A program made the position numbers and the translations under genes. From the NCBI GenBank assembly GCA_947627225.1, contig CANQVB010000001.1, forward strand, positions 564-64,563: a stretch of 64,000 nt of DNA, in the 5' to 3' direction. The DNA is from an uncultured Bacilli bacterium. GTDB taxonomy: Bacteria; Bacillota_I; Bacilli_A; RF39; UBA660. Positions 16,881 to 25,946 of the stretch are shown here, one piece after another. The notes under the pieces are model-generated. The model was not told the origin of the DNA, did no database searches, and was given only the letters and a program-made list of their open reading frames with translations. Each line of letters starts with the position of its first letter. Within the stretch, counting starts at the first letter, position 1.

Positions 16881-17585
16881 ATGGATAATAAAACAAGAAT
16901 GATCACAGTGGCAACCTTTGCCTTTCTTGGTGTGTATTGCATTACATGTGGTGCACTCTATCCACAGTATCAGCAAGCGCGTACACCGAAGACAGCCTTT
17001 CTATTAGTCGAACAAAAACAAATTGGTATCAAAAAAGAAGTCAACCTCAAATTAAAAGAAATGACTACAGAAGTGAATGTACCGCTTTCTGTTAAAATCG
17101 TAGATTATTTAGAAGAACCTGTCTCTAATGAAGTGCTTGCTGCATTAAAACTAGATACAAGTAGTGTCAATGTACAACAACCTGGCGAATATAAATACCA
17201 TATCTATTATAAAAAGAAAGTCTTTGAAGGAAAAGTGATTGTCAAAGAAAAAGCAGTCACACAACCCATTGTACAACAAACCATTACATTAAAATCTGTA
17301 ACCATCAAATTAGGAGAATTATTATCTACAGATTTGTCAACCTATATTATTGAGCCATTAACAGAAGAACAAAAACAAAAAATGATATTGGACCTTACTC
17401 GAGTAAACCCAAATAAAGCAGGTAAATATACGTATACAATTTCCTATGATGGTGCTTATTATCAAGGAGAACTCATCATTATAGAAGATCAAAAAATAGT
17501 AGAAAATGTTCCGGGAGATAACAGTAGTACAACAGAACAAGGAAAAGAAAAGACGGAGGAAAGTCAAACAAGTTCAAACCCTTAA
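16881..17585 (+). CDS. Hypothetical membrane-anchored protein with two internal repeat domains of about 60 aa
   Basis: The start is taken at MDNKTRM, which is followed by an N-terminal TM segment. Two related segments contain PGEYKYHIYYKKKVFEGKVIV and AGKYTYTISYDGAYYQGELIII. Confidence 0.45.
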   Translation: MDNKTRMITVATFAFLGVYCITCGALYPQYQQARTPKTAFLLVEQKQIGIKKEVNLKLKEMTTEVNVPLSVKIVDYLEEPVSNEVLAALKLDTSSVNVQQPGEYKYHIYYKKKVFEGKVIVKEKAVTQPIVQQTITLKSVTIKLGELLSTDLSTYIIEPLTEEQKQKMILDLTRVNPNKAGKYTYTISYDGAYYQGELIIIEDQKIVENVPGDNSSTTEQGKEKTEESQTSSNP

Positions 17586-17586
17586 G

Positions 17587-17608
17587 ACCAAAGTGGTCTT
17601 TTTTTGTA
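17587..17608 (+). terminator. Rho-independent terminator
   Basis: The hairpin agaccaaagtggtct is followed by tttttttg immediately after the stop codon of the preceding gene. Confidence 0.6.
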
Positions 17609-17655
17609 TATTTTCTTTACTTTTTCAAACAATAAGAAAGAAAGGAGACATGACA

Positions 17656-18092
17656 TGAATGAAAATCAAGAAATTGTAATAGCCATCTATAAAAATAGTG
17701 AAATGGCCGCATTTGCGCTTAAAAATTTATTGGAAGATTTAAAAGAACGTGCTAATAAAATTAAGGAAACAGTGACCCATATTTTAGCAGGATACGAACG
17801 GTACCAAAAAGAGGCAAAGGAATATATTGATGCATTAGGAGCCAAAGAAGAAACAGAAGGAAAAATGGCAAAAATGGCATCCAAAGTAGGCATTCAAAAA
17901 GAAGTAAAAAAAGACAACAGCGATTCTGCCATTGCTGAGATGCTAATACAAGGAATTTCTATGGGCAATCTTGCCATTTCCCAAAAATTAAACGCCTGTA
18001 AAGATCATCTAGAAAAAAAATATAAAAAATTTGCACAAGACTTTCTTGCTTTTCAACAAGAAAACATAGAAGCCTTAAAAAAAGACTTATAA
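17656..18092 (+). CDS. Hypothetical protein
   Basis: The start is taken at MNENQEIV, preceded by AAGGAGA; the track ORF extends upstream to 17604. No recognisable motif. Confidence 0.45.
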
Positions 18093-18095
18093 AAA

Positions 18096-18122
18096 CGTAA
18101 CTAAAGCATGTTACGTTTTTTT
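18096..18122. terminator. Bidirectional intrinsic terminator between convergent genes
   Basis: The hairpin aacgtaac-taaagcat-gttacgtt has an A tract on one side and a T tract on the other. Confidence 0.6.
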
Positions 18123-19045
18123 AAAATATAAGCAACAAGAACCGAAAGGGCAATCGAAATGAGTAACAAATAAATAAACGCCATAGGGTTCGTTCCAAGA
18201 GCACCTAAATCAACATTCATACCCATAAAAGAAGCAACCATCGTTGGAATGGAAAGCACAATGGTTATTCCTGCTAAAAATTTCATAATTGTATTTAAGT
18301 TATTAGAAATAATGGTCGCCACGGTATCCGTCATACTTTCTAAAATGCCTCGATACAAATCAGCCATAGAAATGGCCTGGTTATTTTCAATAATGGCATC
18401 TTCTAAAAGCTCTTGATCTTCCTCATAAAGAGAAATCACATTTCCTTTAAAAATTCGATCTAAAACAGCTCCATTTGATTGCAGTGCTGTAATCACATAC
18501 GTTAAACTATTCTCAAGTGCTAAGAGATTAAGCAGTTCCTCGTTTTTTGTCGCAGACATCATCTTTCCTTCTGCGATTCCAATTTTACGACTAATTTCTC
18601 TTAAAATTTTAAGATACGTAATGGCAACACGATACACAATTTGAATCGTAAAGCGACTTTTTTTATACGTGTAAAATTCTTTGACTTTTCCTTTAGAAAA
18701 ATCATTTAAAATCGGTGTCTTTTGACTCGCAATTGTGACCACATAATCATCTCGAACTAAAAGAATTCCAAGCGTTGCTGTTTTGGTAAGCTCCATCCCA
18801 TTTTCTTTGGATACCGTTGGAATATCCAAAAGAATAGCTTTACAACCATCTTCTTCGTCAATTCTTGGTTTTTCATCATCATCTAAGACGCTTTGCATAA
18901 ATTCTTTATCCACTAAAATCGTACGGGAAACTTGCTCCAACTCTTCTTCCGTTGGATCAACGAGTTCAATCCATGCGCCTGTAGTAATTTGATCAAGCAC
19001 CTCAAAAGTACCCGTTTTTAAATCACTGTTATAAATTTTCATCAT
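18101..19045 (-). CDS. corA: CorA family magnesium/cobalt transporter
   Basis: The 314 aa product has a C-terminal two-TM region containing the FMGMNV (GMN) signature. Confidence 0.85.
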   Translation of the reverse strand: MMKIYNSDLKTGTFEVLDQITTGAWIELVDPTEEELEQVSRTILVDKEFMQSVLDDDEKPRIDEEDGCKAILLDIPTVSKENGMELTKTATLGILLVRDDYVVTIASQKTPILNDFSKGKVKEFYTYKKSRFTIQIVYRVAITYLKILREISRKIGIAEGKMMSATKNEELLNLLALENSLTYVITALQSNGAVLDRIFKGNVISLYEEDQELLEDAIIENNQAISMADLYRGILESMTDTVATIISNNLNTIMKFLAGITIVLSIPTMVASFMGMNVDLGALGTNPMAFIYLLLISIALSVLVAYILKKRNML

Positions 19046-19094
19046 AAAAATACCCCTCGCTTTTTCCTAAATATAGGCTTTTTTTTAGAGCTTG

Positions 19095-20588
19095 TCAAGA
19101 AGAGTAGCTTTTATTTTTTGTTGGTTTTGTATAATAAGACGCAATCATTTTCTTAGCAAGTGGCGTTTTACAATTATTGAGTGCTTGTTTAGGAGGAAGT
19201 GTTTTTTTTGGCCAAAAAGAAACGGCAATCTCATCTTTATCCTGTAAAATTGTCGAAGGAGAAACAAATTCTCCATCCCGTGTTGCTTCTTTAAAATGAA
19301 CCAATTCATCTTCCCCTAATTTACAAAGCAAATCCCAAATGGTAGAATTTTTAGGAAGTTCTTGCTCACTACCATCCATAAGAGTAATGTAGATATTACG
19401 TGTCAATATTTGATCTTGTAAGGCTTGATAAAATTCCATATCATCTGGAATCAATTCATCTAATACTTGTAATGTTTTATAAAATTGCAGTTGTTCTAAG
19501 GCCTGTTTCATAGATGGATTTTGTTTTAAAGAATATACACAGATTCCCTTTCTAGCATACTCGATCATATCAAAAGTTTTTATTTGCACCTGATACTGCA
19601 TACCCGTTTTATCATTCCCTGTGGTATGAAAAGCCTGATATCCTGTTGTCTTTGGAGAAGCAATATAGTCTTTCATCCGGTAGTGGATTGGAGTGATTAT
19701 TTGATGTATTTTTTCAAGAGAAGCGTAGCAATCTGCAATCTGTTTAACTCCTACTTTGATGGAGTAAAGATCGTGGATTTGATCATAGGAAAACCCTTCT
19801 TTTTCTTTTTGAGAGATGGCATAAATATTTTTAAGACGAAAATAAATCTGGCTTTGAATATCCTTGCTCAAAAGTGCTTTTTCTATCTCACCCATTACTT
19901 GTTTGTGATGAGGCAAGGTTTTTTGAAGAAGATTTTCTCTTAATTTCGCAATTTCAGAATACTTTTGCGCATCTAAGCAATGAAAACTTCGATCTTCTAA
20001 TACATACTGAATCACACCGCAACCTAAATTTTTTGCCATTGGCACAAAAATATCGAGTGTCTCCTTTGCATTTTCAATTTGTTTTTCTCTTTTTTTCTTT
20101 TGCTCGATTGTGGTCATGTTATGCACTCTATCAAGAAGCTTAATGAAAAAAACTTCGGGTGCAAAATGAATAAAAGAACGAAAAAGTTTACTCGTATTAT
20201 GTGCCTGTTTCTCTTCGCGTGAAGAAAACCCCTTTAATTTGGTAACACCATCTACATAAGAAGCAACTTCTACTCCAAAATATCCTTCAATTTGTTCTAA
20301 AGTCAAAGCTGTATCTTCCACCGTATCATGCAGTAAACAAGCCATAATAACAGGTGCAGAAAGTCCAAGACATGTTGCATAAAGAGCCACCATGAAAGGA
20401 TGAATCATATAAGGCTCTCCACCTTCTCTTTTTTGACCTTCATGCATTTCTTTCGCAAGAAAATAGGCTTTTGAAATTTCTTTTAAGGAAGATGTTTCTA
20501 AATAGGAACAGTTTTGTAATAGCAACTTTAAATCTCGTTCATCATGATGATAGAAGACACTTTTCTTAACCATTTCTCTTAAATCCAT
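19095..20588 (-). CDS. Short RelA/SpoT homolog (HD hydrolase, synthetase and TGS domains; no C-terminal ACT/RRM region)
   Basis: HD domain: HPFMVALY...LLHDTVEDT...VDGVTKL. Synthetase region: KLLDRVHNMTT, ETLDIFVPMAKNLG and YIASPKTTGYQAFHTT. A TGS-like C-terminus is present. At 497 aa it is shorter than the roughly 730 aa long RSH proteins. Confidence 0.75.
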   Translation of the reverse strand: MDLREMVKKSVFYHHDERDLKLLLQNCSYLETSSLKEISKAYFLAKEMHEGQKREGGEPYMIHPFMVALYATCLGLSAPVIMACLLHDTVEDTALTLEQIEGYFGVEVASYVDGVTKLKGFSSREEKQAHNTSKLFRSFIHFAPEVFFIKLLDRVHNMTTIEQKKKREKQIENAKETLDIFVPMAKNLGCGVIQYVLEDRSFHCLDAQKYSEIAKLRENLLQKTLPHHKQVMGEIEKALLSKDIQSQIYFRLKNIYAISQKEKEGFSYDQIHDLYSIKVGVKQIADCYASLEKIHQIITPIHYRMKDYIASPKTTGYQAFHTTGNDKTGMQYQVQIKTFDMIEYARKGICVYSLKQNPSMKQALEQLQFYKTLQVLDELIPDDMEFYQALQDQILTRNIYITLMDGSEQELPKNSTIWDLLCKLGEDELVHFKEATRDGEFVSPSTILQDKDEIAVSFWPKKTLPPKQALNNCKTPLAKKMIASYYTKPTKNKSYSS

Positions 20589-20692
20589 AATAACCCTCCG
20601 AAAACAAAAAAAGACTCAACAGCAAAAGGCTTTGAGTCCACAAAAAAGCGGCAAGATGCAAGGATTTTATCTAAATCAATCCAATAACCCAT
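20579..20692 (-). CDS. Putative 37-aa leader peptide ORF upstream of rsh; it overlaps the rsh start codon
   Basis: The SD GGAGG lies 8 nt before the ATG at 20692. The ORF (MGYWIDLDKILASCRFFVDSKPFAVESFFVFGGLLWI) ends TGGATTTAA, overlapping the ATGGATTTA start of the downstream gene. It encloses an intrinsic terminator. Confidence 0.25.
   Translation of the reverse strand: MGYWIDLDKILASCRFFVDSKPFAVESFFVFGGLLWI
20606..20640 (-). terminator. Intrinsic terminator (GACTCAA...TTGAGTC plus U7) inside the leader ORF, between the DUF2752 gene and rsh
   Basis: The minus strand reads ggactcaaagccttttgctgttgagtcttttttt. A TTGACA-16-TATGAT promoter-like element lies just upstream at about 20720..20750 on the minus strand. 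Confidence 0.55.
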
Positions 20693-20767
20693 ACAAACCG
20701 CCTCCTTAAGATTATTACAATCATATCACTTTCTATGATTTTGTCAAGATACGTTTACCTTGTTTTT

Positions 20768-21184
20768 TTAAGAAAAGAAGAAAGCAAGATGATAGATATA
20801 ATAAACAACGGTAATGCCTGCTGTTACACTAAAAAGAACCGGAAAAGGTTTGATTTTAAGTGGTTTGATATAGCGATCTATTAAAAATAGTAGTATTGAT
20901 AAAACCCAAAAAATTGCTGTAGGGTTTGCTTGCAGTGACTTTCCTATTTTTCCCTGTAACAAGTAGATACAAGCATGGGTTAGTCCACAACCAGGACAAG
21001 GAATATGGGTAAGTGCTAAAAAAGGGCAAACCGTATTAAATAGTCTCTGCATCACAACGACATAAAGTACGAAGATGGGTAAGATTCTTACAAGATGCAA
21101 AACATCATTTTTGAAAAGCGCTTTTCGTTCTATATCCATAGTTTTAGTAATAATAGTTATAGAAGGAAGATGCATAAGCACCAA
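20768..21184 (-). CDS. DUF2752 domain-containing membrane protein
   Basis: It has the CPGCGLTHA motif (the CPxCGxTR family hallmark) plus multiple TM segments. Confidence 0.65.
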   Translation of the reverse strand: MVLMHLPSITIITKTMDIERKALFKNDVLHLVRILPIFVLYVVVMQRLFNTVCPFLALTHIPCPGCGLTHACIYLLQGKIGKSLQANPTAIFWVLSILLFLIDRYIKPLKIKPFPVLFSVTAGITVVYYIYHLAFFFS

Positions 21185-21584
21185 ACCATAACATAAAAAT
21201 CAAAACTAGAATTGCCACTACAATGAACATACAAAAGTATGATCTAGCAAAGTTTTTCAAATTGACATTTTGTGTTCCTCCAAATGCAAATACCAAAAGT
21301 AAAATAATGCCAACGCATGGAATCATAAATAGAAGTTCATATCCGAAGTAGCCCCACATACTAATTGGCTTATATTCTGCCGGAACATTGCCTTGTGACC
21401 AACTTGTTCTTTCATTTGCTTTGTATTGTGGGGCTGGTGCTACTTGTTCTTTTCTATTTGCTTGGGGTCTTGTTGGCGCACCACAATAATTACAGAACAT
21501 AGAATCTTCTTCAATTTGTTTCCCACAAGAAGCACAAAAACGCATCTTGCCTTTCTCATTTCCTTTTTGACTTACATCACTCAT
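21144..21584 (-). CDS. Zinc-ribbon domain-containing membrane protein
   Basis: The N-terminal CASCGKQIEEDSMFCNYCGAP is a Cx2C-x10-Cx2C zinc ribbon, and there are two C-terminal TM segments. It overlaps the downstream DUF2752 gene by 41 nt. Confidence 0.55.
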   Translation of the reverse strand: MSDVSQKGNEKGKMRFCASCGKQIEEDSMFCNYCGAPTRPQANRKEQVAPAPQYKANERTSWSQGNVPAEYKPISMWGYFGYELLFMIPCVGIILLLVFAFGGTQNVNLKNFARSYFCMFIVVAILVLIFMLWFGAYASSFYNYYY

Positions 21585-21986
21585 AAAACACCTCTTTCTT
21601 TTATCCTATAAGGAAAACTTATCTTGTTTTAAGTATAGCATTGATTTTTTTAGAATGCTATAGCGAATTACAAAAAGAAAAGAGAAAAATAGCTTTCTTG
21701 AAAAGAAAATAAAGTTTATTCTGACAAACAATTAAGTCAGAGTCATTCATCTGCCAAATCTTTTGCTGTGAAAGCAAAACCTTTTAGTAAAAAACAACAA
21801 AAGAAATTAAAAAGAGCTAAAAAACTGGCAAATGAAAAAATCGCTGATAATCATGCAGTTTATAATCAAAGCAATAACCATGCTCATGAATATTTTGTAA
21901 AAACAAGATAAGAAGTGATGCATAAAACAAAGCGGCCATAAGGTTGTTTTTATATTAATCTATATTCGTATTAAAATAAAAAAAGA

Positions 21987-22694
21987 CTACTCTAAGGTTG
22001 TCTTTGGAACATAGGTCGTCTCTTTTTCATAAATCGTCAATTTTTCTTTGGTATCACAAAGTACAAGCAATAAGTTACTTACATCTTGATAGCCTTCTTT
22101 TTCAAGTCTTGTTCGCAACCATTTTTCATCATGCCCAATTTCTTTTAAATTCTCCTTCATAATCACACCATCAATGACCAGATTGGAAGTGAGTCCTTTA
22201 CTAGAGACCTTTAATTTCATATCATTGGGTGTTGCTGGATTGTATTTACTTTTCAAAAGAAAACTAATTCTTCCATTGGCTTCCATCAAAGCATATTCTA
22301 CTTCACTTAAATCAAAGTATCCATTATTCCTTGCTTCTTGTAATAAATCATTGACATCAATTTTGGATTTTAGAAGATTGGTTGATAAAATTTTTCCTTT
22401 CTCCATCAAAAGACGAGGTGTTCCTGTAAAAAATCTTCTTGCCCGAATACTTTTAATGGTTAAAAGAGAAATCAAAACTGCAATAACGCCGTAAATTACA
22501 ATCGAAAGAATTCCTTCAAAAAAATTAATTTCATTGTTCACTGTCATCTCTGCGGCAGTAGAACCAATCGTAATTCCAATAATATAGTCAAATAAATTGA
22601 GCTGCCCTACTTGCTTTTTTCCCATCAGTTCTGTAATTAAAAACAAAACAACAATGGAAGTAAGTCCTTTTCCTAGAATCATTAGATAACCCAT
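21987..22694 (-). CDS. DUF421 domain-containing protein (YetF-like)
   Basis: The N-terminal membrane region has GKKQVGQLNLFDYIIGITIGSTAAEM, typical of the YetF/YdfS family. Confidence 0.7.
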   Translation of the reverse strand: MGYLMILGKGLTSIVVLFLITELMGKKQVGQLNLFDYIIGITIGSTAAEMTVNNEINFFEGILSIVIYGVIAVLISLLTIKSIRARRFFTGTPRLLMEKGKILSTNLLKSKIDVNDLLQEARNNGYFDLSEVEYALMEANGRISFLLKSKYNPATPNDMKLKVSSKGLTSNLVIDGVIMKENLKEIGHDEKWLRTRLEKEGYQDVSNLLLVLCDTKEKLTIYEKETTYVPKTTLE

Positions 22695-22747
22695 TTTTCT
22701 TCACCTAATGTTAAGATGGCATAATTTTGAAAATTTATGTATCTAGA

Positions 22748-24343
22748 TTAGAAAAGTCCAATCACTTTTCCATTTTGATAATCAATTTCTTCATAATTTG
22801 CATGTTTTGGAAGACCTGGCATTTCATAAATATCTCCTAATAAGAAAACAACAAAACCAGCCCCGCTTTCTACTCTGATTTTTTGAACGGTTAAAATATT
22901 TTGTTTTGGGTATCCTTTTTGATTTGGATCATCTGAGATAGAATATTGCGTTTTAGAAACACAAATTGGAAGTTTAAAAAAGGGTGTATTCTTTAGCTTT
23001 TCAAGCATCTTTTTAGCTTCTTCGCTATAGCGAACTTCTTTCGCATGGTAAACTGTCTTGGATAAAATCTCCATTTTTTGAAGAATCGTATCATCTTCGT
23101 GGTAAAGAGGCTGATAACAACTTTCTTTGTTCGCTTCCGAAAGAACAGCCTTCGCAAGAGAAAGAGCGCCTTTTCCCCCTTCACGATATGCCTTGCTGGT
23201 TTCACAAGGATATCCTTTTTCTAAGACAAAAGAAGTGACCATTTGAATTTCCTCTTCTAAATCTGTTTCATATTGATTGATGGCTACAACAAGCGGAACT
23301 TGATACTTGGAAAGATGATCAAGATGCGCTTCTAAATTGGAAAGGCCCTGTTTTAAATTTCCATCCCCATGATACTTGAGTGCCTTAATCGTAGCAACCA
23401 ATACGATTGCATTTGGAGTGAGATTTGCAGCTGGACACTTAATATTTAAAAACTTCTCTGCCCCTAAATCCGCTCCAAACCCAGCTTCCGTCACACAGTA
23501 GTCTGCCAAAGATAATGCAAGATTCGTTGCGAATACACTATTACAACCATGTGCAATGTTCGCAAAAGGTCCTCCATGTACAAGAGCAGGTGTTCCCTCA
23601 AGCGTTTGAACAAGATTTGGGAAAATAGCATCTTTCAAAAGAACCATCAAAGCGCCTGTTAATTTTAAATCTTCTACCGTAATATAGTTTCCTGTTTTTG
23701 TTTCTGCTACAATCATGCGTCCTAATCTTTTTCGTAAATCAGAGGCATCCTTTGCTAAACAAAAAAGTGTCATGATGGAAGAAGCAGCTGTAATGCGAAA
23801 CGAAGTATGATACAACGTATCTTTTACAGGAAAAGAAACATCTCGCAAACTTCGATCGTTTACATCCAAACAGCTTTGATGCAAAACATGAGAAATTCCA
23901 AGTGCATTTCCTTGATAAATGTGATTATAAATCGCTGCACTAATTAAATTATTACAAGCAGTAATCGCATGAAAATCACCTGTAAAATGAAGGTTAATAT
24001 CTTCCATAGGAATCACTTGTGAGTAACCTCCTCCAGTAGCCCCTCCTTTTCTTCCAAAAACTGGACCTAAAGAAGGTTCTCGTAAAGCAAGACAGACGTT
24101 TTCCTTCAATTGATGTATTGCATCTGCAAGACCGATGGAGACAGTCGTCTTCCCTTCTCCCATTGGCGTTGGGTTAATGGCTGTCACTAAAATTAATTTC
24201 CCCTTTCGATGATTGACTTCTTTTTTAACCTTCGCCTTGTCTTCTCCATAAAGAATCAAATCCTCTTCTTTTAAATGTAACGCTTTTGCGACTTCACTAA
24301 TTTTCTTTGGAATCACTTGGTTAGCAATTTCTAAATCTGTCAT
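22748..24343 (-). CDS. fhs: Formate--tetrahydrofolate ligase
   Basis: The 531 aa product has a PTPMGEGKTTVSIGL P-loop region and overall collinearity with the FTHFS family. Confidence 0.9.
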   Translation of the reverse strand: MTDLEIANQVIPKKISEVAKALHLKEEDLILYGEDKAKVKKEVNHRKGKLILVTAINPTPMGEGKTTVSIGLADAIHQLKENVCLALREPSLGPVFGRKGGATGGGYSQVIPMEDINLHFTGDFHAITACNNLISAAIYNHIYQGNALGISHVLHQSCLDVNDRSLRDVSFPVKDTLYHTSFRITAASSIMTLFCLAKDASDLRKRLGRMIVAETKTGNYITVEDLKLTGALMVLLKDAIFPNLVQTLEGTPALVHGGPFANIAHGCNSVFATNLALSLADYCVTEAGFGADLGAEKFLNIKCPAANLTPNAIVLVATIKALKYHGDGNLKQGLSNLEAHLDHLSKYQVPLVVAINQYETDLEEEIQMVTSFVLEKGYPCETSKAYREGGKGALSLAKAVLSEANKESCYQPLYHEDDTILQKMEILSKTVYHAKEVRYSEEAKKMLEKLKNTPFFKLPICVSKTQYSISDDPNQKGYPKQNILTVQKIRVESGAGFVVFLLGDIYEMPGLPKHANYEEIDYQNGKVIGLF

Positions 24344-24579
24344 TTCTATCTCCTCCTGTTACTATTATACATAAAAAAAGAAAAATTTACATTCTAGAAA
24401 CAAAAGATTCGATCTGGATTTCTAGTTTCTTTCGAAAGGTACATATGTTTCTATAAATAAAGAAATCCCTATATGCATTGTTTCGTTTTCTCTGCTTTAA
24501 TCTTGGTATCCTAAGACACTAATTTCAAAGATTTTCAAAATACAAAAGAGATACAATATGTTACAATAGAACAAAGGAT

Positions 24580-24999
24580 GTGGAAACAAAAATGCAGATC
24601 ATGAAAATGAAAAGATGCCATGAAAAAGAAGTACAACATTTGGTTTCAGCAGTTTTTCAAAAAAAAGCCCAAACCAAGAAAGTTTCAAAAAGAAAGACCA
24701 CTTCTTTTGTTGCGGTCAATCATGGAAAGGTTGTGGGGTATCTTCTCGTTCAGATACACCATGACCCAATCTTAAAAGAAAAAACGCTCTACTTGGATAA
24801 TTTTGTAGTAGACCCTGCAGTACAGAATCAAGGCATTGGAAAAAGTCTTCTTGAAACTGTCTTTTCCTATGCAAAAGAAAAAGAAGTAGATGCTATCCAA
24901 CTCACTTCTAGAAAAACAAGGGTTGCTGCCCATCACCTCTATCAAAAAATGGGATTTGATATGGTTGAAACCACCGTATTTCGAAAAGAGATGAACTAA
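24580..24999 (+). CDS. GNAT family N-acetyltransferase
   Basis: VQNQGIGKSLLE matches the acetyl-CoA binding Q/RxxGxG/A motif. The length is 139 aa. Confidence 0.75.
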   Translation: METKMQIMKMKRCHEKEVQHLVSAVFQKKAQTKKVSKRKTTSFVAVNHGKVVGYLLVQIHHDPILKEKTLYLDNFVVDPAVQNQGIGKSLLETVFSYAKEKEVDAIQLTSRKTRVAAHHLYQKMGFDMVETTVFRKEMN

Positions 25000-25009
25000 G
25001 ATAATTTCC

Positions 25010-25942
25010 CTACTTCTTTTCAGAATCTAAAAGCTTAGATGCCAGTTCTTTAATCTTTCGAAAGCGGTGATTTAACCCGGATTTAGTAATGGGTTTCCCT
25101 GTTTCTAGAGAAATAATTTCAGCAAGTTCTTTCAAAGAAGCTTCTTTATATTTTTCTCGATAAAGAAACACTTCCTGTGTTTTTTCATCTAACAGTTCTA
25201 CACCCATATGGGACCGAATGACTTCCATAGCTTTTAACTGTTCAAGTGCAGTTTCTACCACTCTATCCATATTGGCTTGTTCACAGTTATTTAAGCGATT
25301 CGTATAATTCTTTTGGTTACGATAAATGCGAATATCTTCAAAATAAAGCACGGCTTGAGACGCTGCCAATACTTTTAAAAAATCACTGATGGCATCTCCT
25401 TCTTTCATATAAATCATATAGCCTTTTTCACGATTGAGTAATTTTGCATTAAAATCAAATAAATTCAAAAGTTTTTGAACAAAAACCGCTTCTTCTGGGG
25501 TTTCTAGAAGAATTTCCAAGTGGTATCTAGATGTTTTCGGATCATTGATACTTCCTTTTGCGAGAAAAACACCTCGCAAGTAAGCTCTAATTTCTGCATT
25601 CCCATCCACAAGATAGGAAGGTGGTGTAGGAAGAAATTTTTCGTCTTCTTGATAACCAATCGTCTTTAGAAAAGAGAGATTTTTAGGGAAAGACAGAACC
25701 CAAAGACGATTCTTACTAAAATTTCTATTTTCTCTTTCTTCAAGATGCACGGGAAATTCAAAATGCGTTTCTAAGACATTTTTAAAAAACAAAATCAAGT
25801 TCTTGTTCTCGTTGAAAATAAAGAGTTCGTCATTTTGTAGTTCCAAACTATTTCTTAAAAAACCAGAAAGACAAGCGAGAAGTTCTGTTTCAGCATAAGG
25901 AAGTGTTAGAAGTTCATTTTTTACTTTCGTTGTAAAAGACAT
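25010..25942 (-). CDS. whiA: DNA-binding protein WhiA
   Basis: The N-terminus MSFTTKVKNEL, the 310 aa length, a C-terminal HTH and its position downstream of the yvcK-like gene all fit. Confidence 0.8.
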   Translation of the reverse strand: MSFTTKVKNELLTLPYAETELLACLSGFLRNSLELQNDELFIFNENKNLILFFKNVLETHFEFPVHLEERENRNFSKNRLWVLSFPKNLSFLKTIGYQEDEKFLPTPPSYLVDGNAEIRAYLRGVFLAKGSINDPKTSRYHLEILLETPEEAVFVQKLLNLFDFNAKLLNREKGYMIYMKEGDAISDFLKVLAASQAVLYFEDIRIYRNQKNYTNRLNNCEQANMDRVVETALEQLKAMEVIRSHMGVELLDEKTQEVFLYREKYKEASLKELAEIISLETGKPITKSGLNHRFRKIKELASKLLDSEKK

Positions 25943-25946
25943 GGTA

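Noticed and set aside
21720-21912. Open frame encoding a basic peptide (…KPFSKKQQKKLKRAKKLANEKIADNHAVYNQSNNHAHEYFVKTR)
   Set aside because: There is no ATG/GTG/TTG start with an SD in frame after the upstream stop. It is probably a gene fragment or a chance ORF in a spacer, and it is not reported as a gene.
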